DNA of 63,748 nt, filler included, from Folioceros fuciformis (Eukaryota), in the NCBI GenBank assembly GCA_049999805.1. It is 6 parts of 5 records of this genome, joined end to end, with 100 filler letters (N's around TTAATTAATTAA, not from the genome) between each part and the next. Parts side by side here need not be neighbours in the genome. Positions count along the whole stretch, not along the records: positions 1 to 15,254 come from JBNGIO010005645.1; positions 15,355 to 28,448 come from JBNGIO010005648.1; 4 more parts are not named here. The stretch is one strand, 5' to 3'. The notes below the pieces were generated by a model, which had not been told where the DNA came from, made no database searches, and worked only from the letters and a program-made list of their open reading frames with translations. A program made the translations under genes and the position numbers. Of the stretch, positions 12,381-23,633 are shown piece after piece. Position 1 is the stretch's first letter; each line of letters begins with the position of its first letter.

Positions 12381-15254
12381 TGAGTAAATATGGAAATTGG
12401 TGTAGACCAATTGCTATAAAACAATTACATTATTATATTGATTAAACAATAATTATATACAGCATAGACAAATAACTAAACTTAAGCTAGGTAGGGTGAA
12501 TAGACACACCCTTTCATAAAGGACGTAACCCAAATGAACGGGCACCTAGACTTATAGTAGCTATGAACGCATTCACCAAACGAAACCTAATGTATTAACA
12601 CCCTATTCTCATCACTCCCACTTGTTAATCATTATGGGGTCAGTTTGCCTCCCCTCCACTACGTTCAGAGTTGTGGAGACTGTGACTCCAGCTGAGAACC
12701 TCACGATCCTTGTGTGTACTTTGGGGCGTAGGCTCAAGGTGGCGCTGCTGTGTGTGAAGGCGACCGTCTACAGGTTCGCACTTCTTGTAGCTGCTATTTA
12801 CGTCCCATGCCTTCTGGCAATAAAGCTCGTTGAGCGAAGGCTGAGGAAAGTAACAATGGCGTCTCCAGGGTCTGATGATGCTCTAGCAGCCAAGGGGCGC
12901 AGATACCAGCGGGACTCTGCAGGAAGGTTCATCACATCGCCTATGGCTAGAACAACTGCCATCGGAGCACGGGCAGAAGAGCATCAACTTGCACAGCAGC
13001 CAGAGACACACACACGAGGAGGAGGAGCTAGCGGCGTTAGGAGACCGCGGGGGCGGCCGCGAGGCACTACCAGAGCAAGCTTGAGCCAGTGGCGTGACAT
13101 CGCGACATCCGGACTCTCCGTCTCCCCTCCAAGCTTTCGACTTTCCAGCATCAGAGGTGGGAAGACTGCTGGCCAGATTACAGCAACTCCAGCAACACTT
13201 TCTTCAGGCGCTGTGGATGCGGGCAAAGGTTTAGGCACAGCACGAGGGAGGACGGCGGCTAGGACTGCCGAATCTTCGAGAGCCGGGGCTATGGGCGGCC
13301 TATCCAGGAGCCGCATTCCTGAGCTCGTGTACTCACGGGCTGTTGTGGAACAGAGGCGCTTCAATCGAGGTGAGTTCAAGTACGAAGGTGTTGACCAACG
13401 TCCTCCAGTTCCACCCAGATTTCCAGTTCCAAGCAACGTCATGTCAGAGACCAAGGTGATCACACCTGGTACTTGGGAAGTGTCGGGCAGCCCGCTGTGG
13501 TACAAGTGCCAAGTTTCTGGCATCACCATGAAGAGAGTGAGGGTTGAAATGTTTTTGGAGTGTAAAGGCCACATGATCAGCTTCTACAGTAAGCCTCTTG
13601 CTGATGGTAGCTTGTGGCATAATTGTTTCCTAACCCCCTGCTGATTATCATCACTTGTCTGACTTTGCTCCCACTGTCTCCTCACAGGGTCTGAAGAGCG
13701 ACTGGAGGAGGAGCAAAGCTTGGAATCTAAGGACAGAATCTCCTACAAGGAGAGGAAGAAGAGACAGTCTCCTCGTTCGGAGAATGAAGTCTTTTCCTCT
13801 GACACTGTGGAATATGCTTCATGGGAGAAGCTTGGTGATTCCACCACCTCAGAGAGTAGGGGTTCTTTTAAATCTCCTCCTGGAGATTCAGACAATGATG
13901 ATAGTCATGATTGGGGTTATGAATAGCCTGCTAGGCTAGGGCTTAGACATGGCAGTGGGATTGCCTTCATGCCTTCCCATGCCAAGTACTCTCATGTGTT
14001 TTTCATGTAGCTCCCTTCCTAGGGGCTTGGTTAAAATGTCTGTTGGATTTTCAGACGTAGGCACATATTCAAGGCTGATATCTCCAGACTTGATGAGGTC
14101 ACGTATAAAGTGATACTCAACTTCCACATGTTTAGTCCTGGAGTGAAAAACAGGATTATGTGCCAAGCTCATTGACCCTTGGTTATTTGTGTGGATTGTG
14201 GTGCAGGCTGGAAGGGGAATTCCAAGTTCCTTGAACATCAGCTTGCACCAAGCTATCTCCTTCGCAGCAGCTGTAAGTACCCGATATTCTGCTTCAGTGC
14301 TAGATAGGGCTACAGTAGGCTGTTTCTTGCTAGACCAGCAAATGGGTCCTCCAGCCAACATAACCAGAAATTGATTTCCTTGTGTCTATATCTCCAGCAT
14401 AGTCTGAATCAGTATAGACATCAAGATGTAAGGGCACTCCAGGTATGTGCTTGTATTTTACACCAATGCTGTGAGTTCCTTTCAGATACCTGAAAACTCT
14501 CTTAACACCTGTCCAGTGTGTTTGCCTTGGGTTTTCCAGATACTGTGATAAGACACTAGTAGCATAAGCTACTTCTGGCCTAGTGGTGTTAGCTGCATAT
14601 ATGAGTTTGCCTACAGCTTGTCTGTAAGGGACTAAACTCATCTTCATTTTTTCTAATTGTGTATCAGGACACATGGTTTTACTCATCTTCAGTCCACAAG
14701 GCAAAGGAGTTGTAGAAGGTTTAGCATCCTTCAATCCAAGTTGTTCCGCACTACTAAGAAGGTAATGTGGCTGTGTTAATGAGATAGTTCTCTTCGTTTG
14801 TCACGCTGAATTAGAGTACCAAGACAGCTCTGTAAGGCACCTAAGTGTGTCATTTCAAATTTGGTTGATAATAGCTTGTTCATGTCTTTGATGAAGGTGG
14901 GACTGTTACAAGCCAATATGAGGTCATCAACGTATACTGCCAGGTAACAAACCACTTCATTTGTCTTGTATACATATAGGCTCCCATCTGAGACACATCT
15001 GACAAAGCCTAACGCTCGCAGCTCTTCATCCAGGACAACATTCCATTCAAGAGTTGATTGTTTTAGATCATACAGGGTCTTGATTAAACGTAAGACATAA
15101 TCTTCTTTTCCTTTCACCTCGTATCCTTGTGGCTGTTGCATGTAAATTTATGTATCCAGCTTTCCATGTAAGAAGGCTGTCTTTACATCAAACATGTCCA
15201 ACTCATAATCATTGTGTGCTGCCAATGCACAGATAGTGCGAAATGTGGCCAGCT
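12381..15254 (-). mobile_element. Ty1/Copia element C (3' part, cut by contig end), inserted in the integrase of A
   Basis: 3' LTR 12381-12600 with a purine tract (minus strand ATGAGAATAGGG, 12601-12612). RNase H 13936-14361 and RT (YVDD) 14330-15254 on the minus strand. Confidence 0.9.
12856..13926 (+). CDS. Predicted spliced antisense accessory gene of Copia C (~323 aa, AT-hook, acidic tail)
   Basis: Exon 1 12856-13588, intron 13589-13687 (GTAAGC...CTGAC...pyrimidine tract-CAG, phase 1), exon 2 13688-13926 joins in frame. RRPRGRPRG at 13039-13065. Confidence 0.7.
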
Positions 15255-15354
15255 NNNNNNNNNNNNNNNNNNNNNNNNNNNNNNNNNNNNNNNNNNNNTT
15301 AATTAATTAANNNNNNNNNNNNNNNNNNNNNNNNNNNNNNNNNNNNNNNNNNNN
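15255..15354. other. Artificial contig linker
   Basis: N44-TTAATTAATTAA-N44, stop codons in all six frames, identical at five sites. Confidence 0.98.
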
Positions 15355-18300
15355 TGGGCTCACACCGAGAGTGTGAGCCCAACCAAATGATCATGACTCA
15401 AAGAGGCAAGTCCGCACCAGAATCGTTGACGTCAGCCATGACCGCCATGCTAAACCGTGGAGATGGAGATGGAGGCCGCTAGTCGTTGAAGTCGCACCAA
15501 GGGAGAGTGCCTGACGCTATCTTAGAAACTCAATTACTTTTGTTGTTCCAGCCATATTTGGGCTCAAGAGTTGTAAGGATTGATGTTCTTTATATCTTGC
15601 TGCAGCACCTGGTGTGATTTACCCGACTCCAAGCTGCCTGGCATAGGCAGCCTGTCAATCAAGTTCTTCCAACAAAACTGTCCAGAAATCTGCGTGTGAG
15701 CAGATTCCATGTCACTTCGACGACTAGCTGCAAGACCTGAGTGCGACTGGGCTTAGAAGAGGTGGTGACGCACCTACAGCAAGGCGCCATCCTCCCCGTC
15801 TTGCCAGCCGCCAGCTGCAACGTTGACTTAACAAGTTTAGGGTTACCAACCTTCTAGGGCTCATAGCGCCCGCATTACAGATTGGTTGCCATTGATTCTT
15901 ACATCATTTGACTCGTCTTTTCAAGGCGAGCAGTTTGGTATGCTTTGTGTGCGATTTGGAGCCCTATCTAGGGACTGACTGCATTTGAAAGTTTCGGACA
16001 ACAGGGTTTTGCTCTTGCTGCATTTGTTTTGATTTTCGATATGGCATCGCGAGTGAGCAAGGCCGCGTGCTGCAATCTTCACATGTGAGCTGGAGTTTTG
16101 CTGTGCTGTGTTCCTAAATCCTATGGCAGACATGGGGAATTGTGGGTGTTGTAGCATGATCAGATCTAGAGTAGTTGTGCTTTTCTGTTTTGTGCTGGGG
16201 AGGCATCTAGGGTTCTCTAACAGTGTGCTTGCATGCCACCTCTTGCTGAGAATTGGTTGTTTGTGTGTGAGTTGTTGCATGGGTTATGCAACCCGAGGAG
16301 CCTGAAGGCAGCCCACGTTATCACTTGCGATCGAGGAACGTCCCTGCTAGGGTTACACCGCAGCGTGGACAAGCCAGGAGGAGGAGAGTTGCATGTCAGC
16401 GACGTTTGTCTTGGGAGGAAGCGGTCCACGAGGACCATCAAGCTGGCCCAAGTGCTGTACACCAGCAACAACCAGAGATCGAGAGTTGGTCTCCGTTTGT
16501 GGGCTGGACAGCCACAACTGCCCCCACAGTTCCTTTGGGAAGCTAAGGAGCTGGTTTCAATTGTCCTGTAGTCATACCTTCGAGGTCAGGGTCTTAAGGT
16601 CGGGCAGACCTCTCTGAGGATTCAGATATTGGATCCATGGAGGGAGGAGCACCTTACAAGCAAGAGCAATTCTCCGGGAGACCAGGGACACAAACTTTGC
16701 GGGATTTCAGACTGCACCTCATTGCTGTCATCAGTTGGGTAAAATTCAAGCATGCTGGAGCTTACAACCATTTGTATATGTTCGAGCAGCTTTCAAGTTA
16801 TCTGACAGATGAAGCTCTGGACCTTTATGAGCTGCATCAGGCTGAGCTCACAACCATGGTGTCCATGCCTAATCCAAGGTTCCAGGAGGCTCTTCAGCTA
16901 GCTTACAATGCCAAGTTGGTTGCAGCCATTCAGGGCCATCAGCAGGCCATTGTTGCAACCACGATGGAACCAACAGTGCCACCCCCAACGGTCATAACTC
17001 TTACACCAGATGAAAGGATAGCAGCCACTATGGGCATACCCGATGAGCTACAGGTTCCTCAGTATGCCAACCCCGTCGAAGAATTCATGGGCATTCTGGA
17101 GAAAGCCTTCCCATTGAAGACTCCGAAGAAAATTGCAGAGCTGGCATCTTTTGCTAGGAAGAAGGGAGAAACCGTGCAGATGGCGTTCCGTAGATTGCAG
17201 AAGCTACGTGAGGGCACAGGGATGCTAATGGACCAGGAGGCAGCGGAGAAATTCCTAACAGCCTTGGAAGGAGACCCACTCTTTCACTTTCAGCTCATCA
17301 CACCGTTGGTGGATAAATATGGTGATAGGTATACCTTGGAGCAAGTACATGAAGAAGCTGAACGCAGGGAGATCGCTTTCTCTGCATATGCTTCACGACA
17401 CTCCAAGGCATTTACTCATTACTAGTCTATGTTCTCCACAAAGGGGTCTACTGCAACAGGTTCATGGGCCAAGTCACAGCAAGCCAAGCATGTCAAGGCT
17501 GGAGCAGCTGCAGCTACAGTTGCTTCTTTGTGCAACTACTGTGGCAATTCTGAGCATATGAGCCCAGCCTGCAAATGCCCAGCGGAAGGCTTGTACTGTA
17601 CACATTGTCACAAGAATGGACATGTGGTCACAGTATGTTTTCAGAAGCATCCGGAGAGAAGATCTCAGAAAAATGCAAGTAGTGGGACAGGGACTGCAGC
17701 AACCGATGCAGGAGGTACAACTACCATAGAAGCTAGTATTAGTGTTGGGGTCTCACGCAGCCGACAGCAAAGGGACAAGGCCAAAGCTAAGGCTGCATCC
17801 AATGCAGAGAAGGTATCTGCCCTAGAAGTCATTGTTGCAACGTTATCTTCACAGCTGGGCGCGCTTACAGCCAGTCTCAGTAGTGGAGCAACCTCACCCA
17901 AACCAACCAGTGTTGCTGAACTAGTCAGAGACAAGGAGGAGGATTACGGCTCACCACATCAGGTGTGTGTTGCCAACTAGATGGAGGCTGAGATGACAAC
18001 TGCTGAGTTGCCACACACGTGGGTAGGGCAACATTTATACCCACCAGTGTTGGAGACAGCAGCAGGGCCAGTCACTCAGCAGCGAGGAGCGAGGGCGGTC
18101 ATGCCCCAGTCTTTTGCACCACTGTCACCATGAAGTGCAATCCTAGTCCGAGGGCAAGAGCATTCCACATTGGCAGGAGGGCCACAGACAGTAGACAAGC
18201 CTCCACCACAACCACAGGTGTCAGCTAGTGGGCCAGTCTACTTGATGCCCAGGGCCTTCACTGTGGAACAATTATCTGAGAAACTGATTGGCATTCCTCT

Positions 18301-19644
18301 ATTCTCTTTGCAAGACATGGGGCTAGGACATGAGCGTTTGCCCAAGGAATTGCAACCAGCGCAAGCAGCTGTATTGTCTTCAGGAGCGTCATGCTGGCCA
18401 CTAGCAAATTTGCACATCGCACAGCACAGGGACACTCTTAGGTATGCCTATACCAGGAGCGGAAGTTTCAGGCCCAAACTTAAGAAGTTCCAATTTGGGG
18501 ACTTTGTGTATTTGCAGCAACAGATTGGTGATACACTAGACACCAGCACTAGCCGCCATGTGCTGCGGATCAGGGAAGTGAGACCTAACGGCGTGCTGCT
18601 TCTATAGGGGGCAGATGGCAGGACTATTATAGATCACACCAAGAATTGTGCCGCGTGCCACCTACCCAACTTGGACCCCACCATTGTCACAGCCAATTGG
18701 GTCCCTCTGGAGGATTACCCTTGCCAGGTGCGTCGCAGGGTAGATGATGCAGAGCTCATGCTCCTCTGTGATGGATGCAATGGCGGATTCCATTTGTTTT
18801 GCTTGGATCCGCCGCTGACTGAGGTACCTGAACAGTTATGGTATTGCCCCCAGTGTGCTGTTCCTATAGCTAGCTAAGGGCATGAGTACTCGGCGTGGAC
18901 GAGCCCTTTCTTTTTGCCAGGCATTCTCATCAGCTGGGGGGGGGGATGGGGGTTCCACATTTTCCCAGTGCTCAGCACCTTGCGTGATGCTAGACTTCTT
19001 ACCACTTTCTTTGGTATGTGCTGTGTTATTCAACTAATGCTCCTGGCTAGAGGTTGCCACACTTATCACCAGCTTGACCATCTGCTGTGTGCCTCGCATG
19101 ACAGCTGTCACGATACCAAAGGTGAGCTTAAGGTTGAGTAAGCAGCGTGAAACAATTATCCTTTTAAATAAGGATTAGTTTAGGATAATGCTATTTAAAT
19201 GTTGGCAATTAGCAAATGCTAAATGGTAATTAGTAAACACCAAAAGCTAGAGAACGTGGATTAGGGCATGCTTGCAGCTGCCCTGCTGAAACCCGTGGGC
19301 TCACACTGAGAGCGTGAGCCCGACCAAATGATCATGACTCAAAGAGACAAGCCCGCACCAGAATCGCTGGCGTCAGCCATGCTAAACCGTGGAGATGGAG
19401 GGGAGGCCGCTAGTCGTCGAAGTCGCACCAAGGGAGAGTGCCTGACGCTATCTTAGAAACTCAATTGCTTTTGTTATTCCAGCCATATTTGGGCTCAAGA
19501 GTTGTAAGGATTGATGTTCTTCGTATCTCGCTGCAGCACCTGGTGTGATTTACCCGACTCCAAGCTGCCTGGCATAGGCAACCTGTCTATCAAGTTCTTC
19601 CAACAAAACTGTCCAGAAATCTGCGTGTGAGTAGATTCCATGTC
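15355..19644 (+). mobile_element. Internally deleted Ty3/Gypsy-like element: gag, integrase C-terminus and PHD finger
   Basis: gag-like ORF 16637-17980 with knuckles CNYCGNSEH..C and CTHCHKNGH..C. Integrase tail LANLHIAQHRDTLRYA...VLRIREVRPNGVLLL from ~18400. PHD 18671-18877. G-tract 18936-18952. Terminal direct repeat 15355-15713 ~ 19297-19644. No PR, RT or RH. Confidence 0.8.
18671..18877 (+). pseudogene. PHD finger at the end of the retroelement integrase tail
   Basis: CQVRRRVDDAELMLLCDGCNGGFHLFCLDPPLTEVPEQLWYCPQC matches the C4HC3 pattern, with the second Cys mutated to Arg (TGT>CGT). Confidence 0.9.
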
Positions 19645-22600
19645 GGGGATGGGGGTTCCACATTTTCCTAGTGCTCAGCACCTTGCGGGATGCTAACCTT
19701 CTTACCACTTTCTTTGGTATGTGCTGTGTTAATCAGCTGATGCTCCTGGCTGGAGGTTGCCACACTTATCACCAGCTTGACCGTTTGCTGTGTGCCTCGC
19801 ACGATAGCTTTGTGTTTGTAATTTCCAGCCCATTTTGGGGCAGGAATGTTGTAAAGCTCGTGGATTTTCTATGTACATAGGCAGCTTTGGTGTGACTTAC
19901 GCGATTTTAAGCTGCCCAGCAACGGCAACCCATCAATCGTGGCATTGCTACAACTTCTAAAAACTACATGTGAGCCGGTTTCATGTCATTTTGATGACTG
20001 TCTATGAGATCTGAGGGCGATTGGGCTTAGAGGACGTGGTTACGCACCTACAGCAAGGCGTCATCTTCCCCGTCTCACCAGCCGCTAGTTACATCGCTAA
20101 CTCAACAAGTTTAAGTCTTCTAGCCTTCCAAATTCGAAGCGACCGCATTACAAGCTGGTTGTTGTTGATTCTCTTACCAAATTGTTCATCTCGACGAGTG
20201 AGTCGAATGGTATGCTTTCTGTGCGATTTGGAGCTCTTTTCAAGGATTGATTGGAAGTTTCAAACATCCGCTAGGGTTCTACTCCTGCTGCACTTGCTTC
20301 CATTTTCAAGATGGCATCGCATGTGAGCGTGGTCGTGTGCTGAAATCTCCACATGTGAGCTAGAGTTTTGTTGTGTTGTGTTCTTAAATCCTAGGGTAGA
20401 CATAGGAATTGTAGATGCTACAACATGATTAGACCTAGAGTGGCTGTGCTTTCTATTTTGTGTTAGGAAGGCATCTAGGGTTCTCTAATAGGTGTGCTTG
20501 CATGCCACCTCTTGCTGGTGATGGGGCGTTTTGTGAGTGAGCTGCCGCATGGGTTATGCAACTTGAGGAGGCTGAGGGGAGCCCATGGTATCGTCTGGGA
20601 TCTAGAGACATCCTCGCCAGGGTTACACTTGTGCAAGGACGAGCAAGGAGGAGGAGAGCTGTGCACTGGCAACATCCGTCTTGGGAGGAGGAAGGTCAAG
20701 TGGACTAAGCTGAACCAGGTGCTGAAGGTCAAGCACAGGGAAGAAGCTGGTCTCCTTTTGCAAACTGGGCGGCCCCAGTTGTTCTAGCAGCACCTGTGGG
20801 AAGTCAGGGCGGAGTGCTTAGTTGTCCTACTATTACTACTGTTGGAGTAGGAGCTCAGGGTCAGATAGACCTCTCTGAGGAGTCAGAGACTGGATCCATG
20901 GAGGGAGAAGGACCTTATAAGCAAGAGAGGTTTTCTAGCAGACCTAGAACACAAACGCTACGAGACTTCAGGCTGCACATCAATGCTGTCATTAGTTGGA
21001 GAAAATTCAAGCATGGCACTGCGTACAACCATCAGTATATGTTTGAGCAGTTGTCAAACCTGGCAGATAAGGCATTGGACCTCTATGACCTGCATCATGC
21101 AGAGCTTAGTTCAACTATGGCCATATCGAATCCCATTTATCATAGCACGCTTCAAATGGCTTACAATGCCAAGTTGGCAGCGGAAGTTACAACCTATCAA
21201 GAGGCTATTGCTGCATGCACGATGGCTCCTACTGTTCAGTCATCATCAATCACCTACCTCACTCCAGCTGAGAGGGTGACGGCCACACAGGGGATGGATG
21301 AGTACATTCACACCCCCAAGCATACCAACCCTATGCAGGATTTCCTGGACATATTGGAGGAGGCATTCCCGCTGAAGACCCCGGAGAAAATTGCAGAACT
21401 TGCTGCTTTTGCTCGCAAGAAGGGAGAGACAATCCGGATGTGTTTCAGGGGGCTTCAGAAGCTAAGGTAAGGAACAGGAATGCTGACCGATCAGGAGCAG
21501 CAGGGAAGTTTCTAATAGGCCTAGAGGGAGACCCATTGTTTCACTTTCAGCTCATCACATCATTGGTGAACAAGTATGGGGATAAGTATACCTTGGAGCA
21601 AGTGGCGAGGAGGCTAAGCACAGGGAGATTGCTTTTTCAGCGTATGCCTCACGACACTCTAAAGCATTTACCCATTACCTGTCCATGTTCTCTACAAAGG
21701 GATTAGTTGCAACAGGGTCTGGAGCCAAGCTACCGTAGGCCAAGCCTACGAAGACAGGAGCAACTATAGCCACAGTTGCCTCTTTGTGCAACTACCGTGG
21801 CAATCCTGAACATGTGAGTCCAGCTTGCAAATGCCCCTCGGAGGGCATATACTGTACACAGTGCAAGAAGAACGGGCATGTAATTACAGTATGCTTTTGG
21901 AAGCACCCATAGAGGAGGTATCAGAAAAATGCAGGTGATGGGATAACAATTGCAACAACCAAGGCAGGGTGTACCACTGTTACAGAAGCTAGTGCTAGCG
22001 CAGGGGTTTCACGTAGTCGACAACAGAGGGACAAAGCCAAAGCTAAGGTTGCATTTAATGCAGATAAGGTGACTTTGCTGGAAGCCACTGTTGCAGCATT
22101 GTCTTCACAACTGGGCGCCCTTACAGCTAGTCTCAATAGTGGAGCAAACTCACCCAAGCCGACCAGTGTTGTTGAATTGGTCAGAGATGAGGGGGAGGAT
22201 TACGGCTCACCAGATCCTGTCTACGTTGTCAACCAGATGGAGGTTGAGGTCATGGCAGCTGCAGAGCTTCCACAAACTTGGGTAGGACAACAGTTGTCCA
22301 CCCCAATGCTGGAGCCAACAACGGGACTAGTCATTTGCAGTCAGTTTGCCAGGACAATCAAGGTGGGAGATTCACATTTTTGCTTGCTGCCTTTTGTGCT
22401 CAGCACAATGTGTGCTGCTGACCATGTGTATGTGCAAATCAGCTGATGTTCATGGCTGGAGGGCTGCTACACTGTTGTCAAATGCAATCTAGAGAGAAGG
22501 ACCTTGTTTGTCTACTATTTGCCCCGCACGATAAATGCCTCTTTATCAGCTGAGGGATTTGGGACTTGAAACAACAGGATTGACCCCTACTATGTTTGCA

Positions 22601-22720
22601 CAAGAATTTGTTGATTATGAGGTGACAAATGCATGTGCTATCTTTTTTACTTTGGATGCTAATGATATATGGGCTTCTGTTCAACCTCCACCCAAAACTG
22701 AAGTTTGTCGATGTTGAAAA
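19645..22720 (+). mobile_element. Second, diverged and 3'-truncated copy of the same Gypsy-like family
   Basis: 20796-22350 is collinear with 16637-18080 (MEGEGPYKQERFSSRPRTQTLRDFRLH; FPLKTPEKIAELAAFARKKGET). The leader 19810-20900 matches 15540-16640. Confidence 0.85.
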
Positions 22721-23633
22721 TTCTTCTCAAGAATATTATCAAGAAAGGCCTATTTTAGGTCGTGTTCAAGTGGAAGATGACATTGGGTAACATTTAGGGA
22801 GGTGTAACAATTAGAGAATTCAAGTATCTATCAAAAATAAAATATTTAAATTTATTTCTCCCAACAGGTAACATTTAGGGAGGGTGGACTATAAAGAGGT
22901 TTGAAATTCTCATTGCAAACAACAATTGAAACTTGAACGGTCAAATTGTCATTGCCCATTTCCAAGGGTACAAAAGTTCACTTGCATCGTTCTTTGACTA
23001 CTGTGTTTGAAATTTGAAACACAAATACAAGTGTTAATGGTTCTCACTTCATGTGTCCTTTATCACTATGTCCACACGAGGGACATTTGTTAATTAGCCA
23101 GTACACATGTCTTACCCAACAAGAGTGATAATTTAACTACGGACATCTTGGCTGCGTAGTATACCCAAGAAAATCTAAATAAATGTTTGGATGTATGTTG
23201 GATTATCTATAAGCAAGTAGGAGCAATCATCTAGGAGAGTTTCTGGATATCACTAAGGACAGTGATTCTGCGAAGCTGGTTTATGGATGTTCCTAGTGTT
23301 GTGTCCGTGCAGAATGTTTCACCGCTGGTTTTCCCCGCACCCCGTTGCAGGGGGTGTTACTTCTTCCCCCTTTTTCATTTTCAAAATTGTCTCGTGTATA
23401 CAATGAGCTAGACATAACAAAACCGGGCTAACTCAGCACACGGATAAAAAATTATGTAAACTCTTCCTGTCGAGCGTGCTCCTCCGAAACCCTTTGCTGG
23501 TCTCTTTGATTGCGTCTTGTAATTTGAGAGTCGCTCGGGCAACGGATGCCGCCTGCCGGCGTCGTGGGAATTCTTACAGCCTTGGTTGTGTGCTACCTGG
23601 TGGACAGTTAGCTGGTCCGTTAAGAAGAGTCTG

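Noticed and set aside
15255-15354. Palindromic TTAATTAATTAA recurring five times within N runs
   Set aside because: Identical 100-nt six-frame-stop linker added when contigs were concatenated; not biological.
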